Shown here: positions 13,609 to 26,202 of the stretch, in pieces | Numbering within the stretch: the first letter of the stretch is position 1 | Layout of the letters: each line of letters opens with the position of its first letter | NCBI GenBank assembly: GCA_043228905.1 | Contig: JBHGNT010000001.1 | Location: 23,746,001-23,810,000 of the forward strand | Reading direction: 5' to 3' | Length of the DNA: 64,000 bases | DNA from: Azolla caroliniana | Lineage: Eukaryota; Plantae; Polypodiophyta | Position numbers and translations under genes: made by a program | The notes under the pieces: model-generated | Told to the model about the DNA's origin: nothing | Databases searched by the model: none | The model's input: the letters and a program-made list of their open reading frames with translations, nothing else

Positions 13609-14070
13609 AACGCTCCCTCGTCACAAGACGCCGAACGTACAAGGAAAGGGACGAGAACACAAACACGAAGGCCCGTACGCCTTTATGAGTAGGAGAGGTG
13701 CATGGGCAAAAGCCCAAATGCTCCCTCATCACAAGATGTCGAACGTACAAAGAAGACACTAAACACACACACGAACGCTCGTACGCCTTTATGAGGAGGA
13801 GAGGTGCATGGGCACGCCTGAAACGCTCCCTCTTCACAAGACGACCGAATGTACAAGGAAGACATGTAACACACACACAAATGCTCATACGCCTTTATCA
13901 GGAGGAGAAGTGTATGGGCACGCCCGAAATGCTCCCTAGTCACAAGACGACCGAACGTACAAGGAAGACACAAACACACGCACAAATGCTCGTACGCCTT
14001 TAAGAGGAGGAAAGGTGCATGGGCACGCCCGAAATGCTCCCTTGTCACAATATGGTCGAACGTACAAGGA
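13609..14070. repeat. ~106-bp tandem repeat (~4.5 copies)
   Basis: ACAAGACG(A)CCGAACGTACAAGGA-like motif at 13623, 13731, 13836, 13942 and 14047. Confidence 0.9.
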
Positions 14071-14856
14071 GATGAGAATTAAAGAAAGAAAAGATGAATG
14101 ACATTGACTAAAGAAGTAGATATGTAAGTTCGATTGCAATGCAAGAGTGCCCTTTATTAAATAGGTTTTGATTACAATGTGGCAACTTCTAGTTAACCAC
14201 AAGCTCAACAAAACATAAATACTAAATGCCCTTAGAGACAACAGCAAATCCGAACACCGAGCACGAACACGAAGAAGACGAGCACATGAGCACACCACAC
14301 CACAAAAATGTCGACACCAATGAACCACGACCACCAGAACAGTGAGCACACGAGCTCGCAACAATGAAAGGGGGCGAAGCAACACCGAACCAACAAGGCT
14401 CGGGCTCACGAGCACTGTAAACGGCCTGAGCACTTCGAGTGCCAACATGAAGAAGACGAGCACGTGGCGATGAAGGGGTATGAGATGAAGAAAAATGGTG
14501 AAGATGAAGATGAAGAGCTCTGAAAGAAAAATGGCGATAGTCTCCTCCTCCCAAAACGTCCTCTAAAATGAGCCCCCCTCAACCTCCTTTTATAGGAAAA
14601 AAATAGGGAGGGGGTCGCCACATTCCTATTCAATGCGAAAGGAATAAAATTCCTTAAATCACACTACATTGTCAAACTGAATTTGAACTATGTACCTTCA
14701 GTTAGGAGTCAATATGCCTATTCGCTAGACCATTAACTCTATTATTCATAGGGTATAATCTTATTAATTTACAAATCCACAGTTTGTCTCCTCTCTACTT
14801 TTTCATCTCCACTTTCTCATTTTTTACCTCTCCTCTCTCTTACTTTTCATATTTCC

Positions 14857-15006
14857 TCTCTTTTACACAACTTCTTTCACACCCTTCCTTTTTCCTTTTC
14901 TTTTCCAAGTGCACAATTAATTGACTTTGAGTACACGCACATTGCACAAACACATTCTGACCCCCTTTCACCACATTTTTCCCACTCGGCACACCACATC
15001 ACGACA
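14857..15006 (-). repeat. Inverted copy of the gypsy LTR 5' end (partner of 13249-13411)
   Basis: Reverse complement reads TGTCGTGATGTGGTGTGCCGAGTGGGAAAAATGTGGTGAAAGGGGG...GGAAAAGAAAAGGAAAAAGGAAGGGTG, matching 13249 onward. Confidence 0.9.
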
Positions 15007-15765
15007 ACGTACTATGGTTGTACTCTTAAACACCAATATGGCAATGTAAAAATTGTTTTCATATTTTGTAACAAATATGTATGAGCTTGTTTGAGGATAT
15101 ATTGCCTCCCTTCACATAAAATCCATACAAATAATTTTTCGATCTACATGCATCTAACATCACCACCCTACTTACAATCTACCATCTTTAGGTTTATCAC
15201 AATAATTTGCATTCCACCAAGAGGCACATGTTCTCAATCTTGGACTATTGCATTGTTCTATCGTTTTACTTTTTCCCAATGAATGACATGTTCCAAGAGA
15301 ATCAAAACTCTTAAGTACTTAACACTCCAAATGACTTCGATTTCTCCTTCATAGTAGCTATTCATACTTCCTGTGCATGTGAATAAGTGTGAGTAACTGA
15401 TCAAGAACTACACAGACCAAGAACTATGGCATTCACCAATGTCTAGTCAGAATACACGTCACACACTAGCAAAATCCATAGAATAATCAAGCAAACAAAA
15501 CTATTTAAAGACAAGGACATTAAAGAGCATAGGGTACATAAAACTCAATCCATTATTCAAATTGGGTAATTAACATCCCAAGAGGTGTAAGAGAACAAGA
15601 GAAAATATACCAAAAGGTTTTCTTTTAACCATTGGAAGAATACATATAACAAAATCGAGGAAATTATACTCCTTTTGACACTTGTAATTCTCAAAATTGA
15701 CTGAAGTAGCAGTAGCCTACTAGAGCAACCATCCTAAATGTAAGAAATTATGATTAACACTCTCT

Positions 15766-18029
15766 TTAGTCTGTAAGAATGCCCAAAAGATCATCGTTGC
15801 GGAAGATATGGAGCCTGAAGAACAAAAAGAAAGAAAGTACAGAAAGTAAAGGGTTAGGACTGAAAAACAAAAATCCAAAACATGCAAAGGAAGAAAAATA
15901 AATTAAGAAACCATTATTTGAAAGACATACTCTTTGTCTTCTATCTTTACTTCAGTACCACCATATTCTGGAAGAAGAACCAAATCTCCCTCCTTCACAG
16001 TCATGGGAATAAGTGAACCATCTTTAGCCCTGCCTCCTGAACCAGTTGCAATCACCTTTGCAGCATTAACCTGCACAAACACAAATAGACCAAAGGCATG
16101 ATTATAATGCATGAACTCAAAACAGAAAAGAAAAATACATTAAACTACGTATCAATTTGGATTAATCGAAGCACATGTAAACTAAGAGAGCCGAAGATGA
16201 AACACAACAATAGTGTATAAAATATCTCATATGCTACACACAAGTCCAATATAACATAAAAGACTAGGTAATGAGAGAAAAAAGTACCGACAGACTTCTA
16301 AATATACCTATGAAAGAAATAGATATTGACCACCTATATAAATCAAGAGGCAAATACAAGAAGGATAAATAATGTGATTTTCTAAAAGACGATAAAGAGA
16401 AGTATTTCCTACAGACACTAACATCACGTGAACAGAATGACAAACACATTTAATAGATGGTTTATTAGAAAACAAGCTGCAGGTAAAACATTTGGCATAT
16501 GCAGCAGAGGCAATGCTCTGAAAAGAACCCATAAACCAAAATGTTCAAAAAATAAGAAATGAGGCATGTAGCTATGTAACATTAAAAAATACAACTTTGA
16601 AAACAATAGTGCCATTTTAAGACACATCCTCTCAACACAGTTAACACACTATAATCAGAGTGAACACAGAATCATTAGCTTCTGAGATCTAGTCAAAACC
16701 ATTGCTAACCAGCTTCTCACAGGACGCTATAAGACCCACTTACGACCTTATCTAGGTGGCAAACACATGGCATATGTAACAACGTGAATGAAGTGCAGAG
16801 TAGAAGAATTTCAATTTCTAGCTTAGACCAGCGACATAAGTTTCTACATTCAACACCTGGCAAAGAAAGAGCCTAACCATTCCCAGCCAGGAGAAGAAAT
16901 GTGATGCGTGTGGGCATTCCCGACTGACCTAACCGCCAAGCTGCGTGAAACTTAATTAACTAACCTGACCGGACAGACAAAAAACCTGACAATATCTACA
17001 ATCCAAACTCGGTGATGTAATGCCTTAACCACAACATCACTAGTAAACATAATGTGCAAAGCTGCTACAGCAGAGACATATTTCACATCATACACGCAAG
17101 AATTCTCATCCTCTTAAACTTCTAGTAGGAAACAACAGCAGTTCCTAAGACAGCAGGATTTCCATAGTGAGCCAGCATTACACATTACACATCACATTCA
17201 GGATTGCAAATATCACTCCCAATATGCAGTAAGTATTGCATAATTGCACACCTAGCTGCGTGAAGGCACAGCAAGATGCTCGATGAAACAGTAGAAATTC
17301 TCTCAACTCTGGGTTGCAACTCTAAAAATAAAAATTACAACATTACAAGCTTTAAAGGCAAAGCGTGACATTCCATATGCAAAGAAGACAAGCTCAATCA
17401 CTGTAGAAATGGGCAAGTAAACCTTATTTGTAGACACCAAAGATGACGGAATAGCAACAGCGGCACTATCACAGATACAAGGATTCATAAACATTTGTAA
17501 ACAGACACAAAGCATGATTGCCGTGAACTATTATCTCATATACCATTACCATGCAATTAATTCTTATGAAGTTTAGACACCATTACCTCTACTATGACTA
17601 GTAACAAATGTACATGTCATTTTGATTCCATTACCATTGCTTTTATCATATGTACAATCCGTATACGGATACGATCATTACTGACATCTTAAGAATTGCC
17701 AATTTTATTACCATTACCATATGTACCACATCCATTACCGCGTATAAACCACTATATACCATGAACAATACCCCAAAAGCAATGGCAAGCAATGCAACTG
17801 ATTTGATCACTACCACAACAAAGCCTATAAATATAAGCAACGATAGGAAACAGAAAGGCCAGGAAGCAAGATCGAACAGAGACAAAGAGAGAAGAGGGAG
17901 GGGGGGGATCTGTGTGTGTACCTTGGAGGAGGCAGATTCGGGGAGAAGGACGCCGCCGACGGATTTGGTTGCGGGGACGATCTTCTCAACCAAAACTCTG
18001 TCGAGAAGGGGGATAAGCCTCTTAGCCAT
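15766..18029 (-). CDS. CPN10: 10 kDa chaperonin (GroES/HSP10, mitochondrial type), 3 exons, 98 aa
   Basis: Exons 18029-17922, 16070-15931 and 15814-15766, with GT-AG introns and an intact frame (297 nt). Protein: [48 protein letters not shown]...[38 protein letters not shown]. Carries the GroES signatures PLxDRV and EYGGT. Confidence 0.97.
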
Positions 18030-18107
18030 TTGCAGACAGACAGACAGGCAGACAGACAGAAACCGAAGATGAATCAGATAACGAGAAGGCGTGCCAGAGA
18101 AGAAAAT

Positions 18108-18171
18108 TAGGGTTTAAGGGGGGGGGGGGTTTAGTACATCTGAAGGTTTGGTTATACTTCTGGAAGCATCC
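18108..18171 (-). promoter_or_regulatory. CPN10 upstream elements: telo-box and imperfect heat-shock element
   Basis: TAGGGTTT (AAACCCTA on the gene strand) at 18108-18115. cTTCtgGAAgcATC at 18157-18170 resembles nTTCnnGAAnnTTC. Confidence 0.45.
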
Positions 18172-18429
18172 AAATCGGTTTCACACTTTGAGACCTTTGT
18201 CCGGCCACACTACAGCCCCTCCCTCCCTCTAACACTTCAATCACACGAATATATATAACTAACGTTCGGGAAGTAGAGAGGAAACACTATATCATAATTC
18301 AGAGTATGTATGCATACACAAACGAACCGGCGCATCTCCCAACATTTCGATATAAATCCGCACGGTGTGAATTGCATGATGATTGTTACAACAAGATCTG
18401 ATGTAAAGAGAGTTGTGGATCATGTGCTC

Positions 18430-19220
18430 CTCCTATGTTAGAGGCATCGTGGACCATGTCATTCTTTTATAAAGCAGTAGGTCAATCCGATGGAAATGCT
18501 AAATTGATGCCTATTGGGCCCATAGCTCTAAAAATCAATAGTCGACGTCAAGCTTTGTATTCTTCTTTGGTAGTGCGGCCAATTTTTTGGAGCAAGAATA
18601 ATCAATCACTTGTGGTTCTATTCCACACAAAGGCAGAGTATACGAACATTATGAAATCGTTTGGTGATAACTTTCGTGATATATAAATGACACAAGACTC
18701 GGTGTTTCTTGAAGGCACTAAACACATCAAGATAGACAAACACTATATCCACCAAAGAATCATAGCTATATAAATTGATCTTCAACTATATCCAAAATGA
18801 CCGAATATAATAGATATATTTATCAAAACTCTTGGAGTAGACAAGTGCTATCAACTTTTGGTGATACTTCACCTACGTCTCCTTGAACCCTCAAACTTGG
18901 GGGAAAGTGAAGAAAAACAAACCTTTTTGTCTATTCGAAGATGCAACATAAATGAGCTCAAAGGGTTGTATCGAGATACCAAGCTCGATCACACATCTTG
19001 TGTATGAGCACACACTCCTTAGGGCATGTGTTTTGTTCAATTATGTTATCACCTTGATGAATTTGCATTACCTCTACATTGTATGAAGTGCATGCTTAGA
19101 TATCTGAGTAACTCTTCCATCATTACTAATTTGGTCCTTACTTAGACGAGTACTTGTATAGAAGTTCTATATAGAACCCCTTGTTTAAGTACTTGTGTGT
19201 TCTAGTAGCACAAGCTTAGA
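18430..19220 (+). mobile_element. Old copia 3' relic (RNase H, PPT, decayed LTR)
   Basis: Translation DSVFLEGTKHIKIDKHYI...IDIFIKTLGVDK matches the copia RNase H end. GAGCTCAAAGGGTTGTATCGAGATACCAAGCTC (~18954-18985) resembles the PPT/LTR junction at 22431-22463. Confidence 0.65.
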
Positions 19221-19243
19221 TATTGATGCATGCGAAGAGAAAA

Positions 19244-19744
19244 TGTAAAAGTCAATGTGCGGAAGCGTAGACAAAACCAGCTGAACCGGATAACAATAGA
19301 ACACAGAGATCAAGGTTTAATGGAAAGCTTGAATATAGTACACGGGAGAGATAGAGAGAGCAGAGCAGTAAACTCAATTTCAAAATACTCAAAAGACTCT
19401 ATATATACAACTGTGCTTTACAACACTATTTATATAAGTCCTTAAAGGACTGACAAGTACTTTAATGCTTGTACAGAGCATCAGACACAGACCCCAAAAA
19501 TATGCCTATGTACTAGGCTAGAGCCGTAGGCCTGTAACGGCCTACTGGTTACAATCCGATCCGGATTATGATCCGACTTTACGATCCGACTCCTGGTTCC
19601 AGATACCTATCCTAACACCGATCCGGTTCTTCGTTTAGGACTCCGATTCGGCTCTAGCTTATTCAACCAATCCGGATCCGGTCGAGCTTGTCCGCTCAAC
19701 ACTCCCCCTCAAGCTCAACTTGAGGTCGGATCGTTGTGTTTCTT
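19244..19744 (-). mobile_element. Copia 3' LTR plus PPT remnant (element A)
   Basis: TGTAAAAG(19244)...CTCAACA(19701), followed by the PPT complement CTCCCCCTCAAG (19702-19713). Homologous to the LTR at 19745-19902 + 22885-23200. Confidence 0.85.
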
Positions 19745-22700
19745 TGTAAAAGTTAATATGCGAAAGATTAGATAAACCGGCTGGACCGGATAACAACAGT
19801 AAAACAGAAATGAAGGTTTAATGGAAGCTTGAAAATACACAGTACACCGGAGAGACAGAGAGAGCAGAATAACATAAACTCTATTCAAAATAATAACACT
19901 CTTGTTGAGAGATCAAGCTCAACTAGATTTAGTTAGTTAGTCAACCACGTAACTTCACAGTTACTTAGATAGAAACTAGTTAGAAGTGTTGACTGTAATG
20001 CCTTAAATAGGACCTTGTACTTAAGTGTAATATTCTAGATCCTCCAATCCCAAGTACATTTAATATAGAACTTACATCGTTGTACCTATATTCTACTCAC
20101 ACATGTGCACCTTTGCACATGAGATGTATATATACCTCATTGTGGGTATTTTTGTATTTGATGATGCTCTTTAATATAGTAACTATTAATCATCCCCCAT
20201 ATTGTCTTGTTGTTCATAAGTGTTAACTTCTTCTCTCTCTTCCTCTCACACACATACACACACATCACTTAATCTTCCGCTTAACTTAATCAAATAATTA
20301 GGTACTAATTAACCCTTGCGTAATTACCTAATTCTTAACATGGTATCAGAGCGTGTGGTTTAGAAAATCCACTACGCCCACCCGACTCCGTGATTGTGTG
20401 TTCGAGACGCCGACGACAAAATCCGGCTATCGGCTACCGTAGTGCCGCTACGTAGCACGTGTACGTGGGCAAAATCAACCACCGCGAAGAGGAGTGTCGG
20501 AAAAAGAGAAGTGAGTCAGCTTCGACAAGCCGACAACTCACAAATTACACCAACAACTCCGAATACGACGACTACGGTGGTCTATTCATAATGAGACATA
20601 GAGTGAAGTCTATGTCGGTCTCCTACTCCATGAGCACCCCAACTCGGAAGACATGTGGTTCGTCATCTCCGGTGCATCACATCATCTGACGTCATACCAA
20701 GAGTGGTTTCGTGACTTACGAACGCCAGATCGACATCGGCAACATTTCATTCGGCAACGATGGCCAAAACAATTGCATCAATAATGTCTTGCATGTGCCC
20801 ACAATAACAAAGAATTTGGTCTCGATCGACCAAATCGTGGAGCAGGGCATGCAAGTTCATTTTAACAACGAAGGATGCTTCATCGAGAAAGATGGTCGGC
20901 TCATAGCTAAGGGACGGAGAGATGGTCGAATGTTCATTCTCAATTCAAACGAGGTGAAATCGGCCATGTATGCCAAAGGTCGCAAAACCAAGATGAGCAT
21001 CGACTTGTGGCACAAGAGAATCGGCCACATCAACCTCCAACGGCTCCGAGCTATACAAACAAAGGGAGTCGTCATCGGACTTCCAACCTTCGAGTCGAAA
21101 TGAGTCGACCGAGTGTGCGAAGCGTGTCAACTCGGCTAACAACATCGACTCCCATTCCCGAAGGAGAGCTATGCAAGCAAAGGCCTCCTCCATGTCATAC
21201 ATTTGGATGTATGGGGACTGGCTCAAACGCCAACGATCGGCGGATGCCGATACTATGTCCCCTTCATCGACGACTATTCCCGCTACACCTGGATCTTTCC
21301 AATGAAGAAGAAGAGCAAAGTGCTCTCCCACTTCCAAAAGCTCAAGGGCCAAGTGAAAAAAGAAACCAGTTGGCACATTCAATGCCTACGATCGTATGGA
21401 GGAAAGGAGTACTTCTTTGACGAATTCATCTCCTACCTCCAAGGTGAAGACATTCAGAGAGAATTCTCGTGTCGACACACACCCCAACAAAATGGAGTAG
21501 CTGAAATAAAGAATCGGCAAATACTTGAGGTAGCACGCGCCATGATGCATGAGAAGCACATGTTGAACTTCTATTGGGCCGAAGCGGCATCAACGGCCGT
21601 CTATCTCATGAACTGGTGCACCACCAATGGAGTGCATGAGCTAACTCCATACGAGCTCCTTGTTGGAAGGAAACCAATCCTATCACACCTCAAGGTGTTC
21701 GGAAGCATTGCGAACGTATGCATCCCAAATGAAAGCCCGACGTGAGGTAAGAGAAATGTATCCTCATACGAAAAGAAGGCATACAAGTGCTTTAACCCCT
21801 CGACCCGAGCGGTTCAGGTGAGTCGAGACGTAGTCTTTGACGAATCAGCATCATGGTATAAGACCGATTCGGCTCCACCCAACCCAACCGAGGAAGAGTT
21901 GAACATCAACTCGGAGGACGATATTCAGACAAGTCCTCTACCAAAGGACAATGCAAGCCCACTCGAGCCTTCAAGCATTCCAAGCACGTTGCAGCCAAGT
22001 ACGACCTTGGACAAAGGCAAAGGTAAGATTCATGAATACAAAGTCGACCACCCCGACGACAGTGATTCGGATGTATTGGCTCCCTCACTAAACAGTGAGT
22101 TGGTGTACCCATCACGCAGACACCGGGAGAACAAAAGGCGCTCACATCAGCAAGCCAAAAACTTTGACGCTCTTCTAGAGAGAAGAATCCTGTCACTCGG
22201 CTCGAGTACATCATTATGCCTTCATGATGAAGGTAGCGGCTGAACAAGAGCCCGAGACCTCTACAAAAGTGGCTCGTGACCCACGATGGGTGGAAGCAGT
22301 CAACCCAAGCCTTCGTCACATGCTTGAGTGGGAGGAACCGAAATTGCCACGACACAGAAGCCGACACTAAAAGTCGCACAAAAGCCGGACAACGCCGAAA
22401 GAAAAACATGATGTCAGACGTCTCACACTTGAGCTTGAGGGGGCGTGTTGAGAGATCAAGCTCAACTAGAGTTAGTTAGTTAGTCAACCACGTAACTTCG
22501 TAGTTACTTAAATAGAATCTATTTAGAAATGTTGACTATAACGCCTTAAATAGGACCTTGTACTTAAGTGTAATATTCTAGATCCTCTAGTCCCAAGTTC
22601 ATTTAATACAGGACTTATACCTTTGTACCTATATTCTACTCACACATGAGCACCTTTGCACATGAGATCTATATATACCTCATTGTGGGTATTTTTGTAT

Positions 22701-25700
22701 TGGATGATGCTTTTTAATATAGTTAATCATCCCCCATATTGTCTCGTTGTTCATAAGTGTTGACTTCCTCTCTCTCTTCCTCTCACACACATACACATGC
22801 ATATCACTTAATCTTCCGCTTAACTTAATCAAATAATTAGGTACTAATTAACCCTTGCTTAATTACCTAATTCTTAACAACTCTATTTATACAAATGTCC
22901 TACAGAACAATTTTTATACAAGTCCTTAAAAGGACTGGAAGAAGTACTGACAAGTACTTTGATGCTCATACGAGTGACTGACACTAACTCCAAGGAATAT
23001 GCCTACGTACTAGACTCAAACCATAGGCTCCAACGACCTACCGGTTCTTACTATTTCGGAGTACGATCCGGTTCTCCAGTCCGGCTATAGGTTCCGAATA
23101 CTGATATATCCGGACACCTATACGGTTCTCCGTTCCAAATACCAATCTGGTTCCGGCTTATTCAACCAATGCAAATACGGTTGAGCTTGCCCGCTCAACG
23201 CTCCCCCTCAAGCTCAACTTGAGGTCGGATCTCTATGCGTGTCCACCGGTCCTTTCCTCCGGCTTCTCCTGGCGTCTTCCCGCCTTGCTCGTGCTCCTTC
23301 ACCCGTTCGGTTCCGCTTACCACGACTCGTCTGGTCTCGCGCACCTCGACCTTCTCAGTTGGCTTGTCTGCTCATAAGGCCCTTCTCAGCTCCTTCACTA
23401 TTGCGACTCTAGCACTTCTCGACATGCCGGTTCCTACGAATCAACCGCCTCTTCCGAATCGGGTGCCTCCGATTCGTTCCAGCTCTTGTCCAAATTGGCT
23501 GTCTCCAAATCGTCTAAAACCTTCAGGCCCTTCACCACATTAGACCATGTCCAGGTCTTGGCCTTCTCCTTCGGTCGACTCTGTCCTTCTTGACTCTGTC
23601 ACTGTCGCCGCTTGTTCTGACTTCTTCAGTTGATTCGACTCCCTTTTTCTTATTGTCTCCCCTTGCCTCTCTGGCTCTTTGTCCAGTGTCATTACCTGTT
23701 ATCCCAGTTCCCGTTCCTGTTTCCTCCTTTCTCCCCCTCAAGTGCGGCATGTCGAGATGCTAAAAACCAAGTATCTCCAAAAAATGCTGCAACTTGTCGG
23801 TTTCGAGCACCTTGGTGAAGATGTCGGCAACCTGCCGATCCGTCTGGACATACCAAAGTTCGACTTCACCATTGAGGACCTGCTCGCGCACAAAGTGATA
23901 ATGCACTTCTATGTGCTTCATTCGAGCATGGAACATAGGGTTCCTGGATATCTGCATGCTACTCATGTTGTTGCAGTAGATCGGGATCAGAGTCGGTATT
24001 TCGATACAGAGGTCTTGCAACAGTTGCCGAAGCCAAATGGCTTCATAGGTGGCAATGGTACTGCCCCAATACTTAGCCTCAGTGCTCGAAAGAGCCACTA
24101 TCGACCGCTTTTTGATGCTCCATGCAACACCTACGCTACCTAGAGAAAACATAAATCCGGAAGTGGACTGACGATCCGACGTATCACTGGCATAGTCGAC
24201 AGAAACAGTCAAAATCAATATTGCGGCTCACTAGGATTGTCTTTGTCCAGGGTATGTAGCAGTTATACCCCTTTTGCTCATGTGAGTAGCCGACTAGAAT
24301 GCACTTCTCCGACTTTGAGTCCAACTTCCTCCGCTTCTCATCTGGCGCATGCACTTAGGCAATGCTACCGAATATCCTAAGGTGCCTCAAATTCGGCTTC
24401 CGTCCGAAATATAGCTCATGTGCTGACAACTTATCCCCAATCCAGTTTTGAATGTAGATGGCCGTCTGGACCGCTTCGGCCCAGTAGAACTTGGGCACAC
24501 TCTTCTCTTCCATCATTGCCCGAGCCGCCTCGACGATTGACCAGTTCTTCCATTAGGCCACACTGTTTTGTTCCGGTGTGTATCTGCAGTTGAATTCCCT
24601 CCGAATTCCTTTCTGCTACAGATAACTATTCTTTTCCGCCATCCAACCGTAGGCACTTGATCTTTCTCTTAGTTTCCCTTCGACAAGACTTTGCAGGTTC
24701 CGGAAACAGTCAAAGACTTCACTTTTCTTCTCGATGAGATAGGTCCACATGTGTCGGCTGTAGTCGTCGATGAAGGAGATGAAATATCGGCTCCCGCCAA
24801 GACTAACATTTTGTGTCAGTTCCCATACATCTGAATGTATCAAGGCGAGCTTGTTATGACTCTGATTGTGTCGGTGGGGAATGGAAGCCAGTGTTGCTTC
24901 CCGAGTTGGCAGGCTTCACATATTTGGGCCTTCCGGCCACTGAATTTTCGCAATCTGAAAACAACATGTTTCAATTGTAGGTCTCGAAGCCTCTGATAGT
25001 TGACGTGGCCAATCCGCTTGTGCCACAAGTCGATATCCGACTTGACTTTCTGTTCTTTTGCGAACAGAGCGATGCCTACATCGTTGGTGTCGAGGATAAA
25101 CATCCTCCTGTCCCGGCACCCTTGTGCGATGATCTGACCCTCTTCCTCGATGAAGCACCCGAGGTGTGTAAACTGCACCTGCATCCCCTGGTCGATGATC
25201 TGCCTGACCGATACCAGCTTCTTTGTGATTGTTGGTATGTGTAAAACATTCATCAACTTTCCCTTTTGTCCAACATGACTTAAAGGAACTTCTTGGACAT
25301 GCACTATCGGGTGACGAGTGTTGTCTTCGGTTTCAACAACTCCTGGTTGCTCTGGTTTTTCTAGATATGAGAACCACTCTTCATGGCTCATCATGTGGTT
25401 AGATGTTCCGAAGTCAACGTACCACACTTCCTCCGATCTGGAAGTGGTCTTCTTCATCGAGTTCCCTTGTGCTTCATCATGAAGGTTGTCCCCTTTTCCG
25501 GTTTTTCCAGTTCCAGATCCTTATGATCCGCCTGCGTAGTGTGAGCTTTGCCGGTTCCCTTGTCTAGCCTTGCCGGATCCGCATTTATCTGAATCGGCAC
25601 GCTTCTTCCAGCTCTCACTTTCCCTGTGGCCCTTCTTGCCACAATACTAGCATTCCGTGTCGGTCTTTCCTTGTTGATTTCCAACACCGCTTTGATCCCC

Positions 25701-26202
25701 CCTGCTTGTGGAGGGTTTGGAATTGTTGTTGAACTATCTCTGTGCTTTCAGTTCTACTCTTGCCGGCTGCCGCTATTGGGTGCCGACCCAGCTCATCCAC
25801 CACGCCCACGGGGCCGATCCGCGTTTGTGTACAACATCTAACTGTCTGATTGAGTGATCCTTGACCCATTCGCGTGTTTTTCTTCGACCTGCAATCGATG
25901 ATGATGGTCGAAGAAGGAAGGTGGCTTCTCCCGGGTGCAAATTGCCGTCTAGATTGGACCGTACCATTGTGCTAGACCACCGAGGCTGATCTGGACCATC
26001 TCGTCTTCGTGCATCGTCACATTGATGGACCCGAGCATGTCCCAAATCTCCTTGATTTTGGTGGTGTAGTCGGTGATCAACATGTCCCGTTGCCGTATAT
26101 TGTTGAGCTTTTGCTAGAGCTACAACTTTCACGCCATCGTACTTGCGGCGAAAATCTTCTAAAGATTTTCCCAAGCCTCTTTCGGTGAATTTGCATCTTT
26201 GA
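19745..26202 (-). mobile_element. Copia element B (gag-PR-INT-RNaseH, RT deleted); 3' LTR split by a nested insertion
   Basis: 3' LTR is 19745-19902 + 22885-23200, PPT complement at 23201-23212. RNase H DYASDTSDRQSTSG...KHIEVHYHFVRE...ADIFTK (23760-24218). Integrase IHSDVW...FIDDYSR. Protease WYVDFGTSNHM. Zinc knuckle C*YCGKKGHRESE. Gag is cut at ~26203 by another LTR. Confidence 0.9.
19903..22879 (+). mobile_element. Structurally complete, internally deleted non-autonomous copia element C (2977 bp) with both LTRs and a TSD
   Basis: 5' LTR 19903-20340 and 3' LTR 22446-22879 (TGTTGAGA...CTTAACA). PBS TGGTATCAGAGC at 20341-20352, PPT GAGCTTGAGGGGGCG at 22431-22445. 5-bp TSD ACTCT at 19898-19902 and 22880-22884. 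Retains a protease remnant, LWHKRIGH and integrase (FIDDYSR, TPQQNGVAE); RT and RNase H are absent. Confidence 0.96.

Noticed and set aside
14680-14735. tRNA gene
   Set aside because: Only degenerate A/B-box-like words are present and no cloverleaf can be built.
17646-17921. Hydrophobic C-terminal extension of the 127-aa CPN10 ORF
   Set aside because: This is read-through into intron 1. The donor at 17921 and exons 2-3 give a normal 98-aa GroES.
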